A stretch of 44,537 bases of DNA from Promethearchaeota archaeon (GTDB taxonomy: Archaea > Asgardarchaeota > Lokiarchaeia > Sigyniarchaeales > SOKP01): assembly GCA_018238625.1 (NCBI GenBank), contig JABCSY010000024.1:1-44537 (forward strand), given 5' to 3'. Positions within the stretch are counted from its first letter, which is position 1; each line of letters opens with the position of its first letter. Made by a program: the position numbers and the translations under genes. Below are positions 27,635 through 37,046 of this stretch, in pieces. The notes under the pieces are model-generated. The model saw only the letters and a list, made by a program, of their open reading frames with translations, did not search any database and was not told the origin of the DNA.

Positions 27635-30313
27635 ATGGTTTTTCTTTTGGCTACTCCTTCTAAAGATTACTTCATTGTTTTCGACAGGAATTATCAACAT
27701 AAACATGAACTATATTTCAACATAAACTTCTTTTATCTGAAATCGTATAAGAAAAAAAAGCAAATCTTTTCTTACATCAATAAACCATTCTTTAGAGGGT
27801 TAGTACTTTTTGGGTTAGACTTTAAAGGCAAAGTGCGGCCTGTAAATTTTTTCAAGATTCAAGAAAATGACCACTTAGAGCCAGTAAATCCGCGACTCCT
27901 TAAAAAATTTTTAATTGACGAAAAAAATAAATTTATTGGTTTTTCAAGTCAAACTGATCCAGAAGAATTCCAGCTGATAAAACAAATGCTTGAAAATTTT
28001 CAGTTCGACGAAAATAATATTGTCTACCTAACATTTTGCAAATCTTGTTTAGAGGTCAAAAAATTCACCATTTTAAGCGAAAAAACCAAGGTAAAATCGT
28101 TAAAAAATCAATTTATTTGCTCTAATTGTGCTTTAGATATTGTTCTAAAACAAGTACAAGTTGCGGGCCTTATCTCTTCTAATAAAATCAATCTTAAACT
28201 TAAGAATTTTTTTAATCATTTAATTTTAAAATTTAGGGATACTAATAGAGTACTAAACTCTTTTAAAGTGGATTTTAATCCCGTTAAAAACAAGGACTTA
28301 ACATTGTATGATGTCGAAAGAAATCCTCCAATTAGCAAAAAATACATCAATTATTCGATTGATAATCTTAAAATTCACAAAGATTTTAAAGCTTTATTAA
28401 AAGCGCTTAATATTTTGACTTTATTACCGATACAAGTAATTTCAATTGAAAGGGGCTTGATAGAAGAATACAGTAATCAATTGGTTATGGCACCCACGTC
28501 TGCAGGTAAAACTTTAGTTGGCGAACTAGCAGGGATTACAAGAGTGTTGAGTGAAAAGCGTAAAATGCTTTATTTAGTACCAATAGTAGCTCTAGCTAAT
28601 GTTAGAACAGAAGAGTTTAAGAGTAAATATAAGAAACTTAGCTTAAAAATTATTAAGAAAGTAGGAGAATCTATTCTTGAAAAAAATGAACCGAACGATT
28701 TAAGCAGACTGAGATCCGCTGATGTGATTATCGGTACATATGAAGCTATTGATTACATTTTAAGAAGTGGTAATAAAGATAAATTAGGAACAATAGGAAC
28801 TATAATTATCGACGAGATTCAGACTTTAAGCGATCAAGAACGGGGGTTCATTTTGGATGGTTTAATAGCTAGGTTAAAATCAATCTCTAAAGACGTACAA
28901 TTTTTGTATTTAAGCGCAACAATAGGTGCGCCAGAAGCTTTAGCGAAAAAGTTGGGTTGCATTTTGATTAATTACAATAATAGACCTGTTCCTATTGAAC
29001 GCCATTTAATATTATGTCTCAACGAATCAATAAAGCTCAGAAATATTACAAAATTAGTGCGAGCAGCATACTCTGAGTCATCTACATATGGGTTTAAAGG
29101 ACAATCTATAATATTCACAAATTCAAGAAAAAAATGCGAATCACTTGCTAATTACCTCCAAAATAAAGGATTAAAAGTGATGTCATATCACTCTGGGCTT
29201 ACACATGAAGAGCGTAAAGTAATTGAATTTAAGTTTCAAAAGCAACATATTTCAGCGGTTGTCGCAACAGCAGCTTTAGCGGCGGGAGTAGATTTTCCAG
29301 CAAAACAGGTGATTTTTGAATCGTTAATTATGGGGATCAAATTATTAACTGTTGCCGAATTTGAGCAAATGTTAGGAAGGGCTGGAAGGTTAAAAAAGCA
29401 TGATGTTGGATTGGCATATTTACTTGTAGAACCGGGAAAAATATGTTCTCATGAAACTAAAATAACCGAAGAAAATATTGCTATTAATTTATTAAATGGA
29501 AAAATAAAAGACTTTGAATTACAGCTTGATGAGGATAGATTCTTAACGGAACTATTAGCATTCATCTCAACATATAATGAGGGAGTCGAGAAAGAGAAAA
29601 TATATAAATTCTATAACTTTTTAATTAATTCTGATTACGAATTAGAAGAATTTTTAAAAAAATTATCAAAACTTAAACTTATCCAAATAGAAAATAATTC
29701 TCTATATAAACCCACTTTTTTAGGTCAAGCTGTTGCTAAATCTTTTTTAACCGTTGAAATAAGCCTGGAAATTATCAATAGCTTAAAAAAGAAAGAGAAA
29801 AAGATTATTGATATTGTTCTTGAATTAAAAGCATTAAGAAATGTTTATCTCACTAAAAAAGTCGTCGCTGATTTATCAAAACATAGACCAGCAAAATATT
29901 CCTCAAATAATTTCTTCAGTTCAAGCAATTTATCGCTGATGGACGCTAATTATGTGAAGAAAAGAAAAACATTCTCCCAAGAATTTATAGAATATATTGT
30001 CAAATGGACAAGAGAAATTTTCAACTGCGATTGTGAGGACAGCCCTTACTGTGAATGTGGAAGGTTGAACTTAGAGAGAATCATCTTGAATTTAAGAATT
30101 AAGGACAACCTCTCAATTGAAGAGCTTAGTTATTACTTAGAAGAAGAATACAACATTCTAGTATTTAAAGGAGATCTTATTAACTATCTGGAAAGTTTAA
30201 TATATTCGTTTGAAAGCATACTTAATATTTCAAAAGGGTTGCCCAAGCTGGATTCGGATTATAAGAAGGAGCTTTTAGAGATCCCCGAAATAATAGAAAG
30301 AATTAAGAATTGA
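27635..30313 (+). CDS. Archaeal superfamily II (Ski2-like, COG1202-type) DEAD/DEAH helicase
   Basis: PTSAGKT, DEIQ, LSAT, YHSGL, AAGVDFPA, QMLGRAGR, C-terminal CDCEDSPYCECG. Confidence 0.9.
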   Translation: MVFLLATPSKDYFIVFDRNYQHKHELYFNINFFYLKSYKKKKQIFSYINKPFFRGLVLFGLDFKGKVRPVNFFKIQENDHLEPVNPRLLKKFLIDEKNKFIGFSSQTDPEEFQLIKQMLENFQFDENNIVYLTFCKSCLEVKKFTILSEKTKVKSLKNQFICSNCALDIVLKQVQVAGLISSNKINLKLKNFFNHLILKFRDTNRVLNSFKVDFNPVKNKDLTLYDVERNPPISKKYINYSIDNLKIHKDFKALLKALNILTLLPIQVISIERGLIEEYSNQLVMAPTSAGKTLVGELAGITRVLSEKRKMLYLVPIVALANVRTEEFKSKYKKLSLKIIKKVGESILEKNEPNDLSRLRSADVIIGTYEAIDYILRSGNKDKLGTIGTIIIDEIQTLSDQERGFILDGLIARLKSISKDVQFLYLSATIGAPEALAKKLGCILINYNNRPVPIERHLILCLNESIKLRNITKLVRAAYSESSTYGFKGQSIIFTNSRKKCESLANYLQNKGLKVMSYHSGLTHEERKVIEFKFQKQHISAVVATAALAAGVDFPAKQVIFESLIMGIKLLTVAEFEQMLGRAGRLKKHDVGLAYLLVEPGKICSHETKITEENIAINLLNGKIKDFELQLDEDRFLTELLAFISTYNEGVEKEKIYKFYNFLINSDYELEEFLKKLSKLKLIQIENNSLYKPTFLGQAVAKSFLTVEISLEIINSLKKKEKKIIDIVLELKALRNVYLTKKVVADLSKHRPAKYSSNNFFSSSNLSLMDANYVKKRKTFSQEFIEYIVKWTREIFNCDCEDSPYCECGRLNLERIILNLRIKDNLSIEELSYYLEEEYNILVFKGDLINYLESLIYSFESILNISKGLPKLDSDYKKELLEIPEIIERIKN

Positions 30314-30321
30314 AGAAAATT

Positions 30322-30402
30322 CAATCCTAATACTTTTGTACCATCGAAGATTGGAATTCAAACTCGCTTTCCAACAAGTTCACCTCCACAAAATTCGCAG
30401 AT
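30322..30402 (-). pseudogene. Possible remnant of a small zinc-finger (YgiT/MqsA-like) gene
   Basis: ICEFCGGELVGKRV*IPIFDGTKVLGL, with no start and an internal TGA. Confidence 0.3.
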
Positions 30403-30562
30403 TTATACGTATTAAATTATTAAGGTTAAAACTAATGACAGATTAGAGAATAAGAAGAATTATTTCATTAAATAGTGAAAATAAGAAAAAAAACATCAAT
30501 CGAAATTAGAGTAAAACCTTAAATAATAACAATATAAAATAGAAATATCAATTTATAAAAAA

Positions 30563-31240
30563 ATGATTAATATGTCAAAAAAAACTTTAAAATCTGTTTC
30601 TATAGCCTTAGCAGTTATTGGAATTATTTTAATTGCATCTGGTCCAGTTGTGGGTATTGTTAGTGAAAAGATAACTTTATTGGATGAGAAGGGAAAAAGA
30701 GTACATGATGATAGTATGACTTTTATGAATTCAACTTATGCATTGAGCTTTACACTGGAGAAAAACCAAAAAATTGATGTTGAAATGTCTGTAGGTTTAG
30801 AAAACATAACCGTTCACATAATTTTTGTGGAAAAATCAGAATATTTAAATGATCTTGAAGTTAATGGAGCTCCTAATGCCGGAGATGGTTTACAAATGTT
30901 ATATGCTAGTTATGATGATTTTGTTATTGGAGAACCTATTGTTAGACATACTTCTACTCAGCGAACTTTAGTGATGGGTTCTTACTACTATATGGAATTT
31001 ATGGGAGGTTATACAGGAAGTGTTTTATATAGCATTCCTAATGATTATGTGATATTAATATGGGGTGTTAATTCGTGGGGATCAAATTCAACTTTAGGAG
31101 AACATGCGTATTTTGATATAAAAGTGATAATAGATGGTCCAGGTCAGGAAGCTGGAATACTTTTTTATCTTATTGGAGGAGGAGTAATTTGTGTAGCTAT
31201 TGTTATCGCATTAATATATTCAAAAAAACAGAGGACATAA
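30563..31240 (+). CDS. Hypothetical membrane protein (N- and C-terminal TM, beta-rich ectodomain)
   Basis: Hydrophobic termini and a basic tail SKKQRT. Confidence 0.75.
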   Translation: MINMSKKTLKSVSIALAVIGIILIASGPVVGIVSEKITLLDEKGKRVHDDSMTFMNSTYALSFTLEKNQKIDVEMSVGLENITVHIIFVEKSEYLNDLEVNGAPNAGDGLQMLYASYDDFVIGEPIVRHTSTQRTLVMGSYYYMEFMGGYTGSVLYSIPNDYVILIWGVNSWGSNSTLGEHAYFDIKVIIDGPGQEAGILFYLIGGGVICVAIVIALIYSKKQRT

Positions 31241-31243
31241 AAG

Positions 31244-31690
31244 GTGATTAAAAAAATGGAAGAAAATAGAGCAAAAAAATGTTTAATTTTTGGAATTATT
31301 GTTGCGGTTGCAGCAGGCACCATAATGATGATCAGTACCTCTATGGCAATTAATGCAAATAATTGGAAAACCTATGCAGATGAAGAGAATCAGATGAATT
31401 ATTGGTTAGGAAATTATGGATATCAAGAATATCAATTAAAAGAACAAGATATAATATTAACAAATCTTTGGATGAAACAACAAGGATTGGTTATTGGAAA
31501 TGCTGCTAGAGTTGTTGTCAATATTGGATTAATTTTATTGTTTATTGGATTTATTGGATATGCTACAAATGATCGCATAGATGAAAAAACAAAAAGAACA
31601 CACTTAACTATTGCTGCTATTGTATTATTTGTTATGATGCTTACTACCTTTTATACTCAAATTGGCATAATAGCAACGACAGGGCCATAA
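31244..31690 (+). CDS. Hypothetical three-TM protein
   Basis: Three hydrophobic segments; 3 nt after the previous stop. ATG 31256 is an alternative start. Confidence 0.75.
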   Translation: MIKKMEENRAKKCLIFGIIVAVAAGTIMMISTSMAINANNWKTYADEENQMNYWLGNYGYQEYQLKEQDIILTNLWMKQQGLVIGNAARVVVNIGLILLFIGFIGYATNDRIDEKTKRTHLTIAAIVLFVMMLTTFYTQIGIIATTGP

Positions 31691-31904
31691 GTAAATTTTA
31701 TATTCTAATTTTTTGTATTTTTTTTTTTATTCTTAATAAATCATGTAAAAAACCATTTTAAAATAATTAACTAAGAAATAAAATAACATTTTTAGTAATT
31801 AGTTGATTAATAAAAATAAAATAATTGAAATATTATACGATAATTAATTACTTGAATAAAACGAAGATAAAAGTAAAGAATTAATAAAACAAACTTCTAA
31901 TTAT

Positions 31905-32852
31905 ATGATTTATACTATTTTTCTTTATCAGAGCCACACCGGTTTACTGATATACGATAAGAGTTTTCAAGAGATAAATGCTGGAAAAATGGAAATGTTT
32001 AGTTCATTTTTTTTAACTATAAAATCTTTTGTTTCTCAACTAGTTCTTAACGGTTCACAAGAATTAAAAAACATCGAGCTAGGCGAATATACGGTTTTAG
32101 TTACTTCGCTCTCTAAGATTAAAGTTGATATGGTTATTATCGCTGATAAAGAGGATGCTAAAGCTATAAACAAATTAATACCTAAATTAATTAAAGTACT
32201 TCAGAAGCACGAGCAACAGTTTCTTTCTTGGGAGGGGAATAGCGGAGAGTTTAAAATATTGGATCACCCACTTACTGAATTAATATTAGCAAATGTAAAA
32301 GATGTGAAGAAAACATTGCTTGAAAGCCCTGAGCAGATGCTTAAATCAATATGGGCACATAAAAAGAAATTAACGGAAGAAAAGTTTGAAAATCTAGTTC
32401 AGGAAAGAGATCTCTTGATCTATAAGATAGAAAACACCGTTAATATTCCAAGTAAACTATCGACAGCTCAAACGGTTGTAGAGCTCTCAGAAGAGCTACG
32501 AGATGAGAGCACGTTTTTGAAATACCAAGGTGAGGTAAGCAGATTTAAAAATGAATTGAAAGATGCAAAGTTCAAATTGAATTATTATTTAAACAACATC
32601 AAAACATCTGTAAACGAAGCTGTTGATAATTTGGGTGGAAAACCAATTCATTTGGGAGATTTTAAAAATTCTTATCTAAATTTATACTCTTTTAGCACAA
32701 AATTAAAACTAGTAAAGGAAAATGGTTGGGAAATTTACCGTGAATTAGCAAGCAAGCTCATTGATAAAGACTCTTTGTCTGATCACGAACTCTCTGAAAT
32801 CATTCAAACTTTATTAAATATGAGTATCAAAGTTGAGGATTATTTAAATTAA
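31905..32852 (+). CDS. Longin-like domain protein with helical C-terminus
   Basis: MIYTIFLY..TGLLIYDKSF...MFSSFFLTIKSF...ELKNIELGEY matches the Asgard longin-like pattern. Confidence 0.65.
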   Translation: MIYTIFLYQSHTGLLIYDKSFQEINAGKMEMFSSFFLTIKSFVSQLVLNGSQELKNIELGEYTVLVTSLSKIKVDMVIIADKEDAKAINKLIPKLIKVLQKHEQQFLSWEGNSGEFKILDHPLTELILANVKDVKKTLLESPEQMLKSIWAHKKKLTEEKFENLVQERDLLIYKIENTVNIPSKLSTAQTVVELSEELRDESTFLKYQGEVSRFKNELKDAKFKLNYYLNNIKTSVNEAVDNLGGKPIHLGDFKNSYLNLYSFSTKLKLVKENGWEIYRELASKLIDKDSLSDHELSEIIQTLLNMSIKVEDYLN

Positions 32853-32878
32853 AAATTTTCATGAAGAAAACTTAGCAC

Positions 32879-34081
32879 TTACTTTATGTGTAATTCTATA
32901 ATATCATTTTCTTTTAGTTCGTAATCTAATCCAACTTTCTTCTTTAATTGTCGAGCGTCTTTACGAATGACTATCGCGTAATCGAAAGATTCAAAAAATT
33001 TATGGTGTATTTTTATGGCTACATCTCTTATGGTTGGGATAGGATCAGTAGCATCCAAAATTAATGGTTTTTCAGCTACGACGCTTTTATTCATTGTATA
33101 AACCTTTATTTTTTTTAAATGGTTTAAGATCACTTCCCCAAAATTATTGGGAATCTCTTTCTTATTTGCGGACGTCCCAATTATTAGGGGAAATTTATCT
33201 GAATACGACTCTTCTAATTTGTGAAAGGTATTTTCTGTTAGCGATAGGTCTCCTTTTGTTCCCAGGATAATTGCTTTTTTATAAACTACGGAAGAATTTA
33301 AAGTATCGACAATGTGGTCGAGAGTAATCTTCCCAAAAACTCTTACAATAGCATTTCGTATGCCTCCTGCGTGGGTTATTTCTCTGATTCTTTCGGTCAA
33401 TTCTTCAATGTTGTCGTTTTCTTTAGATTCATTTGTTAGATAGAATACTTGAATCTTATTAGATCCCGATTTTTCAATCGTAATTGGAGGTGGGGGGACA
33501 TTGATTCGTATATAGGATTTGTTCAACTCACTTAAAAGCAAATCCATTTGTACCTTATAATCTCGAGATAAATCAACGCAAAAGCACAGTAAATCGGCCG
33601 CTCTTAATTGCGAGATGATCTCTTTGCCATTTCCTATTCCAATTGAAGCGCCTTCCATAATCGAAGGCATATCAACAATTTGATAGCGAATTTTATCGTA
33701 TTCGTATATACCTATCTCCGGGATAGCCGTGAATTTGCCAATCTTTTCTTTAGCAGCCCCCGTCAATAAATTTAATAGAGAAGTTTTTCCTACACCAGGA
33801 GTGTGATAATCGCTTATTAATATTACTTGAAGACCTTCCTTTTTAATCGAAAAAGGACTAACCATTTTACTGATGGATTTGACTCGTGCCTTTTCCGAAT
33901 CTTGTTCTCTCCTAAGTTTTGCAAGGCGAGATTTATTCAAAGCCACAATCTTTTCCGTAGCTTTGTGTTTAGGAACTAGAGACAGAAATTCTTCAAGACG
34001 TTTTATTTTCTCGTCTATTGAAGAAGCATCTAGATACTTATTGTATGCTGCTTGAGCTTCAGCTCCTATATTTGAACTCAT
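32879..34081 (-). CDS. DRG/OBG-family GTPase with TGS domain, divergent G-motifs
   Basis: PKHKATE...RLAKLR, PGVGKT, DMPSIMEGA, TKGD, TSA, IKIHH, KVGLDYEL. Confidence 0.88.
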   Translation of the reverse strand: MSSNIGAEAQAAYNKYLDASSIDEKIKRLEEFLSLVPKHKATEKIVALNKSRLAKLRREQDSEKARVKSISKMVSPFSIKKEGLQVILISDYHTPGVGKTSLLNLLTGAAKEKIGKFTAIPEIGIYEYDKIRYQIVDMPSIMEGASIGIGNGKEIISQLRAADLLCFCVDLSRDYKVQMDLLLSELNKSYIRINVPPPPITIEKSGSNKIQVFYLTNESKENDNIEELTERIREITHAGGIRNAIVRVFGKITLDHIVDTLNSSVVYKKAIILGTKGDLSLTENTFHKLEESYSDKFPLIIGTSANKKEIPNNFGEVILNHLKKIKVYTMNKSVVAEKPLILDATDPIPTIRDVAIKIHHKFFESFDYAIVIRKDARQLKKKVGLDYELKENDIIELHIK

Positions 34082-34166
34082 AATTTTAATCCTCGAATGA
34101 ACTCAAATCGTAATAATATTATAGAAGTTATTGTTAAATTTAAAGATTAAATAACAGTTGAAACTT

Positions 34167-34622
34167 TTAAAAGATAGACCTAAAACGATCTTCGGTTTTT
34201 AACTTAAGATCTCCAATAATACCATCAATTCGACTTTCAAATTTCTTGAAGTATTTTTCTTTTTTGGAAAAAATATCATGAAAAGAATATCTATTAAGAA
34301 AATGCGAATTAATTTCTTCTAGATGTTTTTTAACGATCTCTGAGTCCGTTTCTTTTTCGGTAATAGCAAAAGAAATCAATGGTTGCTTATTTGATTCATC
34401 ATTGGGTAATGAAATTAATTCACAATAACAAACTAGTTTAAACGAGGCTAAAGAAATAACATTAATGTCATCCCCAAAGACTTCTGTTGTAAAACTTTCA
34501 AGAGCAGATAGAAATCCCGCTCTCAATTCTGGGTCTAACCCCACTCCAGTATCTGAATCGTAATATCTTATGTTTAGGATATTACGTATGCCTAAATTGA
34601 TACCAAGTTCTAAAATAGCCAT
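34167..34622 (-). CDS. Stand-alone longin-like domain protein
   Basis: LDPELRAGFLSALESFTTEVFGDDINVISLASFKL; HFLNRY...FKKFESRID. Confidence 0.65.
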   Translation of the reverse strand: MAILELGINLGIRNILNIRYYDSDTGVGLDPELRAGFLSALESFTTEVFGDDINVISLASFKLVCYCELISLPNDESNKQPLISFAITEKETDSEIVKKHLEEINSHFLNRYSFHDIFSKKEKYFKKFESRIDGIIGDLKLKTEDRFRSIF

Positions 34623-34748
34623 ATTTTTAAAGATTTCTTAATTTTAAAGTTTAGGACAAAATTTAATTCTAAGCTTATTAGGTCGTAGATATATTAATAA
34701 TTTAACTTAAATTTTTTGATTCAGTTTCTAAAAGATTTTTTCGTTTAT

Positions 34749-36092
34749 CACTTTCGCAAAAGAAAACACATCCCCTTAGGGTTGTGATGAATTTTGCCTT
34801 AATCATTAAAAATTATACCTCTCTTTCTTTAAATACGAAATAATCCGTGCTTAATTAATGCAACTCGTTCGACAAGTTCAATTCAAACATTCGAAATTAT
34901 TGGACGAAATTACTTTTCTTTCAAAAAACTTGTTTAACGTCGCCACCTATACAGTTCGACAACGATTCTTCATGGATCGTCATTGGATTAGATATAACGA
35001 GTTATGGAAATTGCTAAAAACTCACGAATCGTATAGAAAACTACAAGAATCGTGCGGATCTCATCCGCCACAGCAAGTCCTTAAACAAGTAGATCGAAAC
35101 TTTAAGAGCTTTTTTAAAGCGATTAAAATGTGGAAAAAAGAACCGTTTAAATTTCAAGGAATGCCAAGGCTCCCACGTTACAAGCGTAAGAACGGTCGTA
35201 ATTTAGTCTATTTCACATCTTTACAATGTAGGTTGAAGGACAGTTTTGTTTTACTCACGAGAAAGATGGAAAGGTTAGGCTTTCCGAGAATTAAAACGGA
35301 TCTCGAAAGCGTGAAAGGAGTTCGCATCGTTCCTTTCGGGGATCGATATAACATCGAATTGATCTACGACTACGAGCCACGAGACTTGTACTTGAACGAG
35401 GATAACGTGTTAGGGATCGATTTAGGACTTAACAACATCGTAACTGCGTCAGATAACGTTGGAAACAACCCACTGATTATCAAAGGCGGTGTCGTGAAGT
35501 CGATCAATCAATTCTATAACAAGCAATTAGCCAAATACAAATCGTTCAGCAAGATTTGTAACGACGCCGAATTAACTAAGCGCATCTTGAAGCTTCATCG
35601 AAAGCGAAACAATAAAATTAGAGATTTTTTCCACAAAACTTCGAGAAAAGTAATCAATTACTGCATTTCTAACGATATAGGAACGATAGTCATCGGGTAT
35701 AACGAGGGTTGGAAGCAAAAGATCGCGATAGGGAAGAAAAACAATCAAAACTTCGTGTCAATACCTTTTCTAAAACTTGTTCGACAAATCGAATACAAAT
35801 CCGAGATGGTCGGAATTAAAGTAGTGAGAATCACCGAAGAATATACTTCGCAAACTTGCTCTTCGTGCGGAGTCGTTCGCAAGTCAAACCGCAAGTATCG
35901 CGGTCTATATGCGTGTAATGAGTGCGGGTTAGTATTAAATGCCGATGTGAACGCTTCAAGAAACATGATACAGAAAGGAGTCCCTGAGTCCAAGTGGTTA
36001 GGGGATAGAGGATGTTTGAACCATCCATTAGTGTTAAAAGTTTAACGCCTCTTAACCTACGAATCCAAGCCCTTTAGGGCGTGGTAGTTCAA
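34749..36092 (+). mobile_element. IS200/IS605-family tnpB-only (IS1341-type) element, 1344 bp
   Basis: Left hairpin CACATCCCCTTAGGGTTGTG (34767-34786) lies 18 nt after TTTAT. Right end GAAT-CCAAGCCCTTTAGGGCGTGG-TAGT-TCAA has the IS608-type GAAT guide and TCAA cleavage site. No tnpA, no TSD. Confidence 0.9.
34858..36045 (+). CDS. tnpB: RNA-guided endonuclease TnpB
   Basis: GIDLGL, IVIGYNEGWKQ, EEYTSQTCSSC...CNEC, NADVNAS. Confidence 0.95.
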   Translation: MQLVRQVQFKHSKLLDEITFLSKNLFNVATYTVRQRFFMDRHWIRYNELWKLLKTHESYRKLQESCGSHPPQQVLKQVDRNFKSFFKAIKMWKKEPFKFQGMPRLPRYKRKNGRNLVYFTSLQCRLKDSFVLLTRKMERLGFPRIKTDLESVKGVRIVPFGDRYNIELIYDYEPRDLYLNEDNVLGIDLGLNNIVTASDNVGNNPLIIKGGVVKSINQFYNKQLAKYKSFSKICNDAELTKRILKLHRKRNNKIRDFFHKTSRKVINYCISNDIGTIVIGYNEGWKQKIAIGKKNNQNFVSIPFLKLVRQIEYKSEMVGIKVVRITEEYTSQTCSSCGVVRKSNRKYRGLYACNECGLVLNADVNASRNMIQKGVPESKWLGDRGCLNHPLVLKV

Positions 36093-36112
36093 AACTGCTT
36101 TTTATACGCGTT
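35930..36112 (+). ncRNA. Predicted TnpB omega/reRNA; 5' end approximate, guide from 36093
   Basis: Stacked hairpins GGATG/CATCC, GTGTTAAA/TTTAACGC and GCCC-TTTA-GGGC overlap the tnpB 3' end and the right end. Confidence 0.6.
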
Positions 36113-36940
36113 AAACGTGTTTTGAAGCAAAAAACTAACAGTCATAGGGCCTACGCCTCCGGGGTTTGGAGTAATCCACGAACACTTTTCAAAAACGCCT
36201 TCAAAATCTACATCTCCAGATAACTTTCCATTTTCTCTCGAAATCCCTACATCGATAATTACTACGCCTTCTTTTACCTTTTCTTTAGTAATGAACTTTG
36301 ATTTTCCTATGGCAACAATTAAAATATCAGCTTTTTTAGTATACTCCCCTAAATTTTTTGTATACGAGTGACAGATTGTAACGGTAGCGTTTCTTTTTAA
36401 TAACATGAAGATTAAAGGTTTGCCAACTAAGTTAGAACGATTAATAATAACAACATGCTTACCCTGCATTTCTACGTTGTAATGTTCCAGAAGCGTAATA
36501 ATGCCTTTAGGAGTACAAGGTACAAAATCTTCGTTGTAATCGAACAATTTACCCCGATTTATAGGATGCAACCCGTCTACATCTTTTATCGGATCGATTT
36601 GCTCAATAAATTCAGAAGTGTAGAGTCGCAAATCTCTTGGCAATGGTAATTGTAGAAGTATTCCATGAACAGATTTGTCTTTATTTAGCTTCTCAATTTC
36701 ATCTAACAATTTACTTTTAGTTATATTTTTATCTAAATCGACCAATATAGACCCTATTCCAATTTCAGAGCATGTCTTCCTTTTAATGTTAATATACAAT
36801 TTTGAGGCGGGGTCGTCTCCAACTAAAACAGCAGCTAATCTAGGGTGGATTCCACTCGTTTTAATATAAGAAGTTATCTTATCTCTTAGTTCTAAATTTA
36901 ATTTTTGCGCTAGTTCTTTCCCATTTAATATTTTTCCCAT
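36089..36940 (-). CDS. folD: Bifunctional methylenetetrahydrofolate dehydrogenase/cyclohydrolase
   Basis: HGILLQLPLP, KDVDGLHP, PCTPKG, RSNLVGKP, TPNPGGVGPMT. Confidence 0.97.
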   Translation of the reverse strand: MGKILNGKELAQKLNLELRDKITSYIKTSGIHPRLAAVLVGDDPASKLYINIKRKTCSEIGIGSILVDLDKNITKSKLLDEIEKLNKDKSVHGILLQLPLPRDLRLYTSEFIEQIDPIKDVDGLHPINRGKLFDYNEDFVPCTPKGIITLLEHYNVEMQGKHVVIINRSNLVGKPLIFMLLKRNATVTICHSYTKNLGEYTKKADILIVAIGKSKFITKEKVKEGVVIIDVGISRENGKLSGDVDFEGVFEKCSWITPNPGGVGPMTVSFLLQNTFNAYKKQF

Positions 36941-37046
36941 AATAATCTTGATGAATAAAATTTGTTTAAATGCACTATAAGTTAAAGTAGGTTTTCAATG
37001 AAATAAATAGATATTATTATTTACTTATTAAAAATTTTAAAAATGT

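Noticed and set aside
30358-30360. In-frame TGA in the zinc-finger fragment as selenocysteine
   Set aside because: No start codon, not a Cys-equivalent position, and no SECIS-like element recognised.
34702-34756. Alternative IS left end at 34757 giving folD an ancestral 17-aa tail (ESDKRKNLLETESKNLS)
   Set aside because: It needs a TTTCG target. The TTTAT boundary fits IS608-type spacing and restores a normal stop directly.
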